A program made the position numbers and the translations under genes. A stretch of DNA of 64,000 bases, taken from positions 1,178,001-1,242,000 of the forward strand of contig CM102285.1 of NCBI GenBank assembly GCA_046563655.1, in the 5' to 3' direction. Below are positions 1-12,719 of the stretch, in pieces. The notes beneath the pieces are model-generated. The model had not been told where the DNA came from. It worked only from the letters and a program-made list of their open reading frames with translations, and searched no databases. Numbering within the stretch: position 1 is the first letter of the stretch; every line of letters begins with the position of its first letter. This stretch comes from Yuukianura sp. NJ FZ-2021 (lineage: Eukaryota).

Positions 1-527
1 AGGATAAAATTCAATGGAAAACGAGTTTCAGTACCGTTCAGTTTCGAAACCACTCCAGATCGAAAGTTTGGATTGGCGGGAGCAAAATGGCTTTACCACT
101 AAACGAAAATTATGAAAAATCAAAGGCGACAACATTTTTCTTGAAAGGTTCCAAAATTATTTACTTGATCGAAATGTCGAAGCCTGAACTAATTGAATTT
201 GCTTCCTCACATTAAGCTTACGTTGGCCCACTTACACTAGCCAATTTAATTGATCCTTTTAGTATTTAACCTACACAGTTTAGAATTACGAAGGAAATTA
301 TCTTAGTTGAGCATTTTTATGGAGGATATTGCTTAAATGTTACGAGCTCACGACGGCAATAAAATTGGAAATTACAAATTAAGTTGTTAACTTACAAAAT
401 TGAATTGAATTGCAATAAAAATTGAATTGAAACACTTACATACAATTATTAAATCAAATTTCCCTTAAAAAAAAACAAGGGATTCAAAAAGAGACGTTAC
501 AATATGTTTCGTGACCTAGTTTGTTAG

Positions 528-1028
528 TTACTTGGTTTCCTTTGCTTCGACCTCCAATAGTTTTTGTATATCATCGACCTCTTTGGCACTTGAACATTCA
601 TATCTGAAGAACCACGACAATTTGCGAACTTTCGTGCCTGAAGTTTCTATCTGCAACAAATTTTCCTCCCTTTGGTTTTCATCCAATGGTACTTTATTTC
701 CAAGGAGACAGCCTTTTGCATAAGTATCCCCGTTCCAAGATACGTTCTGCTTCTGACCGCTTTCGGTTGTGCCAATGCCCTCAAACTTCCGGTCTGAAAA
801 TTGATGGAAAGATTGAATTATGACTTCAGTTTTTTTCAAACTTTAGTTCTTTTCTTAGAGTGGCCATAACGTACCAATGCTAATTTTGAATTTCCCGTTG
901 ATTTCTTCCATAGTCAGCTCACATTCGTGCTGGAATAGCTCTTTGCATTTGGGAAATGCAATTCTTAGTTCCGTCGTGAACACGTACTTTTTTTGGTTCG
1001 GCTCTGCGGTTGATGCTGCTGCTGCCAT
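528..1028 (-). CDS. Hypothetical ~139-aa protein, 2 exons (1028-875, 793-528)
   Basis: ORFs 855..1127 and 528..839 join in frame through a GTACGT...TTTTCAG phase-1 intron (874-794): MAAAASTAEPNQKK...KISI-D-RKFEG...EAKETK*. No family recognised. Confidence 0.6.
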
Positions 1029-2233
1029 GTCACACGAAATTGCTTCAAACCTCAAACGGCGTCTGATGACCAGTAGGTGATGAGAGATGTCCAGAGTCAA
1101 ACAAAGTTCTGAATTGGAAATGACCACTGACTGTGACGAACAACGGTATTTATGCTGATGTTGTGACGTGAAGGAAGGACATACAATTCAAGAAAACGAA
1201 GGGACATGGAACATTGTTTTATCATTTCCTAAAATAAAATCACATTTTTACCTGCTTCCTCAATACCCAGAATTTTAGCCCATTTTCAAAAACCATAATT
1301 TTTTAAATGACTGCAAGTAGAGTTTCCAAAACAAATAAAAAAAAAGCCATTGTTGTCTTCAAAGTCAACCAACGAAAAGTGGAGAACAATGGAAATAAGC
1401 ATGACTTTACGAAGTAAATTACTTTGGTGAAGCGGATTAGCTGGCTAAAAGTTTTCTTATCAGACTAGAGGAAGATTTAAATTTAAAAAAAAGGCTTTGA
1501 AAACTAGAATTTTGAAAACAAAGTGTTCGACGTTTTATTTTTGGGAGCTGGTCAAGCAGTTCAGTTCTGAAGACGATGCAAATGCATATCATTTGTAAGA
1601 ATTTCTAATCTAAAAACAGAAACCTAGAAATCTAAAAACTAATTAAACTTTGGTATTTGTTAAATCTGAATTTATAAAAAACTGAGTTGCTCAATAAATT
1701 ATTTGTTTCCTTGCTTTCGAATTTCAAGCTGCAACTAATTTTCAATCGAATTGTTGTTTTTTTTACATAAGTAAAAAAAATTTAAGAGTCATTAAGTAAA
1801 GCATATTTTGTGATCACACTTTAGACTTAGGTTATTTAACGATGGTTATGTTATTCTACACAATTTGTTCAGAAGAATCCATGCCATTACATCAGGACAA
1901 CACACACACACAAAATGTTGAAGCGCGTTTACATCAGCATTAAATTAAATTGCAACAAAACTCAAACCGAAATATGTTTTGCTATTTCGGTTGGAGTCAC
2001 CAGATAGAACCTCAGCATTGTTAACTTTTAGGCACTATTTTTAAAATTTCCTTTTGGTTTGAACAAAACCGTTTTGCTGCTTCTCAAAATAGAAAACGAA
2101 GGTCCATTTGAGCCCGAAACGCTACACTAAAGGAAAAAAAAAATCTCAGTTGGAACTTCAGAAAAGTTTGAATCCGTTTACAAGGCACAGACCTATTCCA
2201 AAATATCTTGAAATTTGTGGACAACAATTGAAA

Positions 2234-4766
2234 ATGAAGAACTTGCCACACTTGGTAAAAACTATCCACCATGCATTTAAAAAACAAGGTTTACTCTATT
2301 GTTCAACTAATTGTTTGTTTTTAACAGGTATTGGAGCATGTTTTTAAATATCTGAATGTACAGGACTCTTGTTCTATGCGACTCGTCTGCTCCAGATTCA
2401 ACCAAATATTCCTTCAATTTTCAAATCCACATTTCATAAATTCCCTCCACTACGTACAACTGGAGTCGGATGAAAAACTGCGTTTGTTCCTGTCCACATT
2501 CTCTCAAGCGGAAGTGCCAATCCCATTCCCCCGATTTGTATGGAATGCGTACATTGGATCGGATGCTGAGGTCAATGACCTTGGAACTCTCTATGCCTCT
2601 ACCATTGTGGAGCTAAGCATTACTATTTACCGCAGTATCGACATTTATGCCGACANNNNNNNNNNNNNNNNNNNNNNNNNNNNNNNNNNNNNNNNNNNNN
2701 NNNNNNNNNNNNNNNNNNNNNNNNNNNNNNNNNNNNNNNNNNNNNNNNNNNNNNNCGACATTTATGCCGACAAAGCAGACTTTGAACCATTGAGTCCGAT
2801 GGAATCGCTCATGCGAGTGAGTGCTTTTCTGCACTTGGTGGGAAGCACATTGGAAATGCTGAGAATTGTTGAGCACATTATGGATATTATGTCGGTAGAG
2901 GAAATTCCAGTTCCAGTATTGCCAAAATTAACGATTTTGGATGGACATTGTTTCAGGTAAGTTCCCTCGTTCCTTGTAAATAACTAGAGTTTCCACATGT
3001 TTTTATTTGGTAGCAAAATTCATTTCATGCACTCGTATTGCTTTGTCTGTCCGTCTGTTTGCTTGCGTTCATATTTTGACTTTCCATAGCCAAAATTTTC
3101 GCATGAACTGTTGTTTCAGTGTCATACACATCAAAATTCTGTGTAGAACTGGCCGCCATGTATTTTTTTTTTGTGATTTTCAGCATCCTAGAATGGATTG
3201 CAGCTATAGTGAGAAAAGCTCCTGCATTGGAATTTCTCAGAAGCAGAGACATTATTTTTCCGTTTGGTCGCTACTACAAATTGGCTGGCATTGGACCAAA
3301 TTTAAAGGAGCTTGAGTATTATCCAGGTGACGAAGATGAACAAAACTACTCAGAAAAGTGGTTTTTAGCAAACGCACGAAGGTACCAACGCATGATAAGT
3401 CACTTTTCTATCCCGGCGGAAGGTATCACCGGAGCATGCCTCCGTTTATGGAATGACCAAATCCGAAACTTTGAAGTACTATACAACGTATTTGACGTAG
3501 AGGCAAATCATGTTTTCCCGCGCGTCCGAACACTTTGGACTTCGCCACGTACGTGGTTGGAAAATCCGTTGAAGCTATTCAGCCCAACAAAACTTCCGCG
3601 CCTGAGATGCGTAATTGTCAGCGGATATCTTACTAACCTTTCTACTCTTGATTTCCCAGCGGACCTTTCCTACATCTACCCGAATGTCGTAGAATTGCGC
3701 GTGAGTGTTGAACCAGGGGGGACATACGAAGTTTTACCTTACTACAAACTATTCCCAAACGTCACCACGCTGAGGCTGGAGCGTCAAGTTACGCGGAATC
3801 TGATTGGTTTGCTTAAACACTTTCCGAAAGTTCGTCACCTTGTGATTCACTATGGTGGTATTCCGCGCGGGTATTTTGAAGATCATGACTTTGACCTGGA
3901 ATGTGGAGCAAACCCTGATGTCGTGTCATTTAAGCGTAAGTTCCCATTTATGTAGTTTACTGTTAATGTATGTGTAAACGTATATGTAAATGTATATGCA
4001 TGCGACATATATGTGCGTATATGTAAATGCTTATACATGATTGTTGGCATATATGTGCTTATATGTAAATGTATCTGCATGATTGTTGGCATATATGTGT
4101 ATATGTAAATGTATATGCATGATTGTATGCAGATATATATATGCGTACAAGTAAATATTTATGCATGTATACTTGTATTATTTGTTTTACATTACTAACG
4201 GATTAAAGTGAAGAAAAGCACATATTTTTAGATTTGGAGCGACTAGAATACAGGCATTTGAATGGCAGCGAGGAGCTTATGTCAAGATTGATCAGGAGTG
4301 CAAGGGCTTCTGCGCTGTCGCAGTTGAAGTCTGTGTACCTGTGGTACTTCATTACAAAAGAGGCGATAGGTGGTAAGTCCATTGTTATTATTCATCCGAC
4401 GAACCGTTCGCACCAACTTTTCCATGTAGCTTTCATTCGCCGATATTTTTATAGACTGTTCTTGCATGCATGTATTTTTTCTTGAATTTAGATAAGGCAG
4501 CTTATCGGGAATACAGTGAAACCGTGAAGGTGAGTATGCATTTATACATCTAAGAAATATATTCAATAAATGTGACGTATAATATTTATGTTAATTATAA
4601 ATAACATAGATATTGTAGATTATTTATATATTAATGTAAATAACCTTTGACAATGAATTTTTCATAGACACTGGAGCTACCGAATGTTGTTCAACTTCAA
4701 GAGTTTTTCGAAATCAAGTGGTGGATCAGTCATCAGTGGTATGATGACCTTAAGCAACTTGTGTAG
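2234..4766 (+). CDS. F-box protein with LRR-like C-terminal region (multi-exon; true start may lie further upstream)
   Basis: Splicing 2254->2328 gives MKNLPHL|VLEHVFKYLNVQDSCSMRLVCSRF, an F-box consensus. Downstream exons (~3184-3935, ~4231-4370, ~4491-4528, 4668-4766) contain LxxL repeats (FPNVTTLRL, FPKVRHLVI). Spans the N gap. Confidence 0.7.
2656..2755. other. Assembly gap (100 N) with duplicated flanks
   Basis: CGACATTTATGCCGACA lies on both sides of the N run. Confidence 0.95.
3965..4170. repeat. Intronic minisatellite, ~40-bp degenerate unit (atatgtaaatgtatatgcatgattgttggcatatatgtg)
   Basis: About 4-5 imperfect tandem copies seen directly. Confidence 0.8.
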
Positions 4767-5283
4767 TTAAAAATAGTTGTAGTATATTTGAGTTAAAAGT
4801 TGTTGACTTTATGGTTAACCTGTAACTTTGACTGATGCATCTGACTGATGTTTCAAAATTTTAAAAATGTCTCCCCATTTCGAACCTACCGTTCGATTTG
4901 TGAAACAAAATTCAAAATTTACAATTTCCTTTTTCGAACTTTAAGTTACAGTTTATTATGCTGACACATTTTTTAGCAAATTTTTGACAGCTTTCACCAA
5001 AACCTAAATTGATTCAATTCCAAACTTTTTGACAAAATTGTGGAATCAAATATTTTAGAAATAAAAACGTACCTTTTAAATTACAAATTTTATAATTTTT
5101 CTCATTAAGTTCTTCAGTCACAAATTGGAACACACTTTTGAAAATTTTTCCTAATCGCAAATTTTCGCATTTTTCACCGAGTTAAAAAAAATCAAAAGTC
5201 AACAAATCTAGATTGGTTGAACTCAAATTTTATTTAGAATAGTGCTGTCTCGTGATAAATTTAGTTTTTTTTTTATCAAAATA

Positions 5284-6584
5284 TTAATCCGAAGAAGATG
5301 ATGCAATTTCTAGCGTAGTTACTCCATAGCGATAATTAATTTGTGACGCAATGACATAAGCTACAGTTTGTCCATCACAAAAGTCTTTACAGGCTTGGAC
5401 ATAAGCGCCAAGTCCTTGTTCTTCTGGAAAGGCTTCAACCAATCGCTGCATTACAATACGCAAGTCACTGATCAAATTTTGTAATCGCTTGAGCGCGTCT
5501 TTAAACGACTGTTCAAGCGTAATTTTTTCACGTAGAACGCGACGCAAAACGTGATTTTCACTTGCAGCTTCTTTCTTAATATCTTTTTTAAATCCCAGCA
5601 CGTCGTTGATTAAACCCGAAAAATCCATTACTCCCTTGAACAAAAGTTGAAACAAAAGAGAATTCCGGATTTTTTTGGGCACCGTTTGACCCTGAAGCAT
5701 AATTGCAAAGTCTGCGCATGGGCCAAACCCAGCATCATAACCACGGATAAGCTGCTGCATATCTTCCGACACAGCCATTGGATCATCCTCTTTGTAGCCC
5801 AAAGTGAGCGACTGCGCACTGTATCTGAACTGCTCCAGCAAATACTTGACCCCCTCGGGCATTCCATCTGGAAATTCTTGACGCATCTTTTGCGTAAAGT
5901 CGGCAAACATTTTTTGAATTTTCTCAGACTCTGGAACGGCTGACCAAACGTCGGTGAAAACATTATCGCCGTTTTCTTGAGAATTTGACGATATTTTTTT
6001 CCAATCGAAGCTTAATTTGTCAATCATGATCCGATTGGCTTCTTTAACGTCGTCGAAGAAAAAGTCCATGTCGTCTACCCAGTCATCGGCCATGCACCCA
6101 CCAGCGGCTGCACCCACTGCAAGGTCAAACAGGCTAGACCGAACGTCGAGACGCGGGAAACACATCACAGCAAGGATGATCATAGAAAACATTTGTTTGT
6201 GAAGCGTCTCTTCATCCATGTTGTCAAACATGTAGCGAAGATTGGCAATCGCATCTTCCAGAAGCTTATTCTGTTCTGCCTCGGTCATGTCATAGTAGTT
6301 TGAAATTGGAAACGACCTGCACAGATGAAAATACATTGAATTTACAAGAAAACAAAATTTTGAAAATAAAGTTTTTGAAAAAGAGTGCACAATTTTGATT
6401 AAAAAAAGCTGTGGTGCTAAACTTACTCTTGTACATGAAAAAGTTCAATTTCTCCAGAAAGTTGATTAGATTTTCCATAAATTTGATCCTCGAAAGAACC
6501 GAAATCGAAAACTAATTTTAACTTTCCAGGTACGCTTTCTGTGATGCTTGTTAAACGATATGCCCCGTTCTCAATTGAAACCAT
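5284..6584 (-). CDS. Microbial-type class I terpene synthase-like protein, copy 1 (~396 aa; exons 6584-6427, 6316-5284)
   Basis: DDWVDD (DDxxD) motif, RGYDAG (RxxxxG sensor-like), NDVLGFKKD (NSE/DTE-like), C-terminal RY (NYRYG). One phase-2 GTAAGT..TGCAG intron. Confidence 0.8.
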
Positions 6585-7633
6585 TTTTAAATTTGTTTTG
6601 AAAATAAATCTAAAATTTTGCTTTTACTCTTTGATTTTTTTTTCTTCAATTTTGGACAAAACTGTTCCGGGACAAAACAATTTTTGGCAATATTTTTGAT
6701 TTTTACAACCCAAGGAAGACTATGACTGTCGTGCAAAATTAAACTGGTTTCAACATTTAGCGTCCAAGAATTCTTATACATGTTTTTAAAAGTATGGGAA
6801 TTCTGAAGGCCGCCAGCTTGGGAATTTTGGATGCAACAAAAAACCTGTTTTTATAATTTTCATGAAAAAAAATTCACATAGAAAACAGAAGCAGTGGAAC
6901 AGAAATTTTTATTTCCGCAATTAAAATTCAGAACTTTAACTTTCCTTAGCTGTTTTTTTTAGTCTTGTAAGTCCTTAGTTTTTTTAAGTCCAAATGCCGA
7001 GGGAAGTGAAAAATTGCAAAGCGCGTGAGATTTTGATTTAAAAAAAGCTGTGAGAACAAATTTACCTTCCAATTAGATTTCTTCCTTTTGTCTTTTTTAA
7101 TAGTTTTTAGTTTTAATTTTTAGAGCAAAACTAGATTTATAAGAGAAATCTGCAGTAGCGTAGTTTTCTTTATAAGAAAAAATTACTTGAAATTTTGATT
7201 TCACGTAAATCAGTTAGTCCAAACTGTAAACATTTCATATTTAGTGACGTAAATTGTGTATAGTAAGAGACACAATATGCGATATGCATATTTCAATATA
7301 TAATGTGTATAGGATATATTGTTCCATGGAAAGAAATGGCAGAAGTTCTTCGAAGAATCTTTTCGGTTTTATGACTCAGTCGTTTTTTCAGTGTCGCTGA
7401 AACCAAAATGAAAAAAATTCGACAGTTTTTCATTAAGTTGTGATAAAAACAAGACCGCAAGTGAAGAAAATTGCTCATGGTGAACCTTGAATGTTTTTTT
7501 TTTTTTTTTTTTTGCAAAGTAGAACACAGTTTTGTAAAATTCCGCCCATACATAGTAGAATAAGGTTAAAGTGTTTATTTCATTTCTAGCGGAAGAATTT
7601 GGTAAAAGCTTGAACTATTATTTTATTTAGTCT

Positions 7634-9159
7634 TCAAGCTGGTACAATTTTCATTACGGCTGTACCATATCGATGATGAATTTGGGCCGCAATGATGTAA
7701 GCTACAGTTTGCCCATCCATAGTATATTTACTGCAGTCCACAAAGGCATGGAGTTCTTTGTCTTCCGGAAAAGCCTCCAGCAATCGACGACAGATAATGT
7801 CCAGATCAGCCACTAAATTTTGAATTCGTTTCACCGCGCCATTAAAAGCCTCTTCCAATGTCTCTCCATCTCGAACCACACTGCGCAGAATCGTGTTTTC
7901 ATGTGTCGCCTCCTTCCTTATGTCCTTCTCAATTCCAATTATATCGTTAATCAAACCACCAAACGCCGTAACTCCCTCGTCCAGCAGTTTGTACAACAAA
8001 CTTTTTCTGATTTTTTTGCAAACCGGCGGTACTCCATGGAGAGCAAGCACACCGGGCGCCATGCCTCCAAATCCTGCGTCATACCCACGCACAACTTTTT
8101 GCATGTCTTCAGATAAAGGCATTGGGTCATTGGCTCTGTAACGCAGAATTCCAGCCTGCATGCTCAGAGTGGCATGTTTTAAACAGAACTTGAAACCTTC
8201 TGGAAGGCCATTAGGAAACTCCTTGCGCCCGCTTGCGAGAATGTCCATGATGAGCAGACGCATTTGATCATTTGGAGGCAAGAAAGAGCCAAGGTTGTCG
8301 AGATAAGCTGTGTCATCTTCTTCTTTTCCAGACCGGGTTCGGAGATAGTCGAAACTGAATTTTTCAATGACCATGCGACTTGTTGCGGAAAGATCATCAG
8401 AAAGGACTTCCATGTCGTCTGCCCAGTCGTCAACAACTGCTGCTGAGACACAAATTGTAACGAGCATTTCAAACACGCCGGTACGACAGTCGTACCGTCC
8501 AGATTGGAGAGCAGTGAGCATGATGGCAGAAATTACGGTTTTTCGCACTTCATCTTCGTCCATGTTATCCAAGATGTGCCGCAGGCGCTTTGCATTGTGA
8601 TCCAGGAGCTGCGTTTGTTCCTCTTTGCTCAGAAAAAAGTAGTTTGGAACTGGAAAGTCCCTATAAAAAAATATCTCAAGTAAATTTTGACCCAAGGTTG
8701 CAGCGGCCTTCTCTACAAATGTCGTAACAGGTTATTCCATAACTCAAACTTTTATAAAAACACTTTAACAAAACCTTTGTATCAATTTTGGGACCAATCC
8801 TGTTTACTTTACAAGCCGCGAGGCCAACAAATCGCCCAAAAAATTCAAAAGAAAGAATTTTTAAATCATAGAAGTTATGACATGACCTGTTAAAAAACTT
8901 AAACAAAAATCGATTCAAACAACTTTGGTTAGAAGTTTCTTATTAAAAAAAAACTTCTTTTTTTTTTTTGAAAATTATTGATTTAATAGGACTTGACTTA
9001 CTCTTGTTTAAAAAACAATGGAATTTCTCCACGAAGAGGTTCCGATTTCCCATAGATTGGATGATCAACAGAACCAAAATCAAAAATTAGCTTTAATTTT
9101 CCTGGTGGACTTTCTGTAATACTCGTGAGGCGGTAAGCTCCATCTTCAAGTGAAACCAT
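7634..9159 (-). CDS. Microbial-type class I terpene synthase-like protein, copy 2 (~394 aa; exons 9159-9002, 8660-7634)
   Basis: DDWADD, RGYDAG, NDIIGIEKD, HRYG. Same 158-nt first coding exon and intron position as copy 1 (MVSLEDGAYRLTSITESPPGKLKL vs MVSIENGAYRLTSITESVPGKLKL). Confidence 0.8.
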
Positions 9160-9918
9160 TTTTGGAAACTTTTTAGCAAAAAATTTCTTACAGGCCTCTG
9201 GAGAACAACAACTGAATTAAAGAATAGAAGTTGTTGAAATATTTATTCATTTTTGTGAGCAGGAAAAATGTTTGAAGGTCTTCCGTCATCAAATGGGTTT
9301 TTTTTGAAATCTACAAACTTAAAAAAAACTTGCTTTAAAACCAGTTTTTTTTATAGAGTATTCTGAATAGATGAAGTGCAAATAAAACAAAACTTTTCCA
9401 AGCGAGCAAAATGAAAATGAAAAGTTTCCTCAATTAATATATTAAAAATAATGTTGTGATACTTTTTTTTAATTTCAATACCATGAGAAAAAGATGAATG
9501 TAAAGCTCACGAGCTTCGAAATTCACAGCGGAAAGCCCAAAAATCTCATATTTTTTTCTTCAAGACTACGTTTGAATATGAACTTTGTGAAACAACGCCA
9601 CATCGATACTTGAAACTTTGAAAACTAGAAAGTGAAACTAAAAAACTTAAATGCTATCATAAGTTTTTCAACATAAAAAAAATATTCAACTACGTCCACC
9701 ATGGCGTCTGATTTGGTATGGCTATTGCCTAACCTGTTAAAGAAAAAGTATTTCTTTGTTTATCAACCTGGGCGAGTACTTTAACACCACTTTTTTTGCT
9801 TTAATGTTGAAACTAGTCAAGGTCATTAGCCCATGTTAAGCTCTCAAGGCAGTGACCTACGGCAAGGTCAAAGGTCACAGTGAGATAAGTTCAACATTAA
9901 TATTACTATTATTAATAA

Positions 9919-10386
9919 TTAGTCGGACATCTCAGCATCCGATTCGGCTTGTCCGACAATCCCCAGCATCAGCGTGGACAAGCTTCGGACCAAACTTTGT
10001 TTTGCAGACGAACTGGGCTCAATTTCAAAATGTTGCAACGTGTATTCTAAAAAAATCATTTTTTTTTTTGAAATTTTAGTTTGGTGAGCATTTGCCTTAA
10101 GTGATTTTAGTGTCTTTACCGATTATTGCATCTCTCCGATTTGCATCAATAATTGAAGGTGGACGAGCACTGCTTCCAGGAGAGTCCAGAAGTGTCCGTC
10201 CAAGAAGTTCTGGACGCTGAAACAAGTGACGAAACAAGCTGCGTCCGAGCGTATTCACAGTTGTACAGTGCTTGTGAATCGTTCTCAAAAAATCCAAGTC
10301 CACCATCACTCCATGTCCAATGTCTACTGTTTCGCCTGAGGGCTGGAAACTAGAATTCAGTGTATTCTCATCGGCAGTCTGAAATT
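9919..10386 (-). CDS. BEN-domain two-exon unit (10386-10120, 10046-9919); candidate variable terminal cassette of the BTB gene
   Basis: Phase-1 acceptor TTTTTTAG|AA. Translation ...VDIGHGVMVDLDFL...LGRSLFRHLFQRPELLGRTL...IDANRRDAII|EYTLQHF...* resembles BEN domains. No start-codon exon of its own seen. Confidence 0.6.
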
Positions 10387-10904
10387 CTAAAAAAAATTAG
10401 AAAATTGGACAACCGAAACAAGAAATGAAAATAAAATTACACAACCCCAGCCTAGCCTAAAGCATAAAAGCTTTTGTTTCTGAAAATATTTAACTTTAGA
10501 ATACCCAGTGAATGAAATTGGGTAGAGCCTGTGTACAGTATTATGTCGAATGTTCTACCCCCAAACTTGATGCATTTCTGTGTCTACTGGATTAGACACC
10601 CATTGCAAAATCTTCACTTCCGAAAAATGTCACTGTATGTCTAGTCTGGTAGACACTGCATAAAGAACACAATACTTTCTCTAGAATGCTCTGTGTCTAG
10701 TATTTTAGACACTCCACGAAAATGACAAAAAGAAGCACTTGAGCTGAGATTCAAACACACTAACCTAATCCTTTGTCACTTTATTAATTGCCAACACTAA
10801 CCACTTGACCACACCTTTGTTTTTAGTTAGCTTATGTGAAACTCGATCTATTTCATAACCCATGTAGCATAATGATACAGAATGTTGCGATTCACTAAAA
10901 TCCG

Positions 10905-11431
10905 TCAATCAGTAGTAGTATTGAGCAGTGCTTCTGTTAATTGTGCGTTTTTGTTCATTTCCAGCATCAATGAAGCAAGGCTTTTCTTTAAATTCCGCTT
11001 TTCGAGCTGGTATAGCTTTGTGCCAGGTTTAGCCCCATACTGTCGTAAAGTGTAATCTAAATACACAATTATTCGTTTAAGTAAAACAGTTAATCAGTTA
11101 AGGAATAGGTTTAATTTGGAGATATCTACAAGAAATGTGCGAAACCGGTTACCGATTAGTGCATCTCTCTTCCTCGGATCAATTGATGGAAGTTTTTCTG
11201 TTTTGTTAGCAGCACATCCTTTACCCATCAGAGAGTAGCCAATAACTTCATGACACTGAAATAGCTTTTTGAATAAGCATCTTCCAAAAATATTTGTGCT
11301 GCCGGATGTTTCTTTAACTGTGAGCAAGAATTCCGTTTTCAGCATTACTCCATTTCCAATGTCCGTCACGTCATTGTGATTTTGCTCAGATTTTAGCTCC
11401 GCATTTTCAGCTTCCAATACCAGAATTTGTT
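10905..11431 (-). CDS. BEN-domain two-exon unit (11431-11153, 11056-10905); candidate variable terminal cassette
   Basis: Phase-1 acceptor ATTATAG|AA. ...DIGNGVML...FGRCLFKKLFQCHEVIGYSLMGKG...LPSIDPRKRDALI|DYTLRQY...*. Paralogous to the 9919-10386 unit with the same intron position. Confidence 0.62.
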
Positions 11432-11744
11432 CTATAATTATTAAAAATACATAACTGCATGAAATATAGAAATGCAACGCATGACAAGACAAATTGTATA
11501 AAAACAAACTCACTTTATAAAATTTATAAATTATAAAATTCTTATTTTATGTATACATAAAATTAGAATTTTAGAATTTATCATTTATTTTAAGTCATGC
11601 CATATACAAGTATACATATGAACGAGAATTTTTAGAACAAGGGAAAGAAATTGTGCCACAAACTGTAAGTAATAAAGCCGAAATTTTTTGAAAATTTTTC
11701 GAAGTGTTGTTTTTAAATCAGGTTAGGGTCAAGCAGGTTAGCAT

Positions 11745-12081
11745 TCAGTTTTGGGAAAAACTAGCTGCGTTGTAAATTTCCCGGTGCTTGCTCTAAAGAA
11801 AAACAAAACAATTTTTTCAGTAATTCATGCTTGACAAAATCCTAATTTTTAAACCTGTTTTTTTTTCAAGATTTTCAAGATGCTTTTTCAGTAGTTTACC
11901 TTAAAGTGTCTAATGAAGTTGGAACTATTTCGAGAATTCATGATACGTCCACACTCGGCGCATTCTGCTAAAACAGTTTTTGTCCTTGTCTGCCCAACTT
12001 GAATCGTATTCCTACTCAAAATTTTGAAAAACCCGGGAGAGAAAATATCAAAATTTCGAAACCTCCTGCCAGTAAATCCGC
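11745..12081 (-). CDS. BED-type zinc-finger cassette (12081-11900, 11792-11745)
   Basis: Phase-1 acceptor GTAACAG|GC; AECAECGRIMNSRNSSNFIRHFK|SKHREIY = C-x2-C...H-x4-H BED pattern; selector motif at 12149-12161. Confidence 0.7.
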
Positions 12082-12242
12082 CTGTTACAAAATCCAAGCC
12101 TTTTAAAATCATTCCAAAGCAATTTGAAAGTTAACACCACAGCAAACGTTGAGAAGTTCACAACAGACAAGAATTTATTCAATGTCAAACAAAATTTGCT
12201 CAAAATAATTTCTGGAATTCTTCGTTTTTTTTTTTCGACAAT

Positions 12243-12539
12243 TCAATTTTTCAAAACTTTAACATTTGGCGGCGTAAACTGCAGGATGACGTCGCTAAAT
12301 AGAACCACACAAAAATCAACGTGTTTAGATGCAAAACATTAGCAATTCACAAAAAACTTCGTTTTTGTTTAAAGAATTCTCACCTTGAAGTGCCTTATAA
12401 AGTTAGAACTCATTTGAGCCGTCATGACGCGACCACATTCAACACATTGTGCAGTAATGAGCTTTCTCTTCTGAACGTACTCAGTACTCAAAATTTGGAA
12501 AAAAAGTTGAAGAAAAAATTTTAGGTTGCAGTCCTCGGT
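12243..12539 (-). pseudogene. Second BED-finger cassette, apparently broken
   Basis: AQCVECGRVMTAQMSSNFIRHFK|GTGAG then SKH at ~12327. One extra base in a T run (~12500) shifts the frame, and the second acceptor reads TTGCA without G. Selector at 12613-12628. The frameshift could be a homopolymer error. Confidence 0.55.
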
Positions 12540-12719
12540 CTAGAATTAAGAGTTAAAATTTAAACGCATAAACAATGATTAGAAAGCTACCATTTACGAA
12601 ATGCATTCTTACACCTTGAGAACTTCACTACAACTTCAAATCTTTTCAACAATTTTTGGTTTTAAAACTTCAAAGTGTGTTAATTTTTGATAAACTGCAA
12701 TGAACTGAAACAGTTCTTC

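Noticed and set aside
5284-9159. Terpene synthases as bacterial or fungal contamination
   Set aside because: Both have a canonical intron and AT-rich flanks like the rest of the window, with no gap separating them from the lola-like locus.
10500-10715. Cluster of short palindromes (gtgtcta-n6-tagacac) as an ncRNA
   Set aside because: More likely an old MITE remnant; ends and TSD could not be defined.
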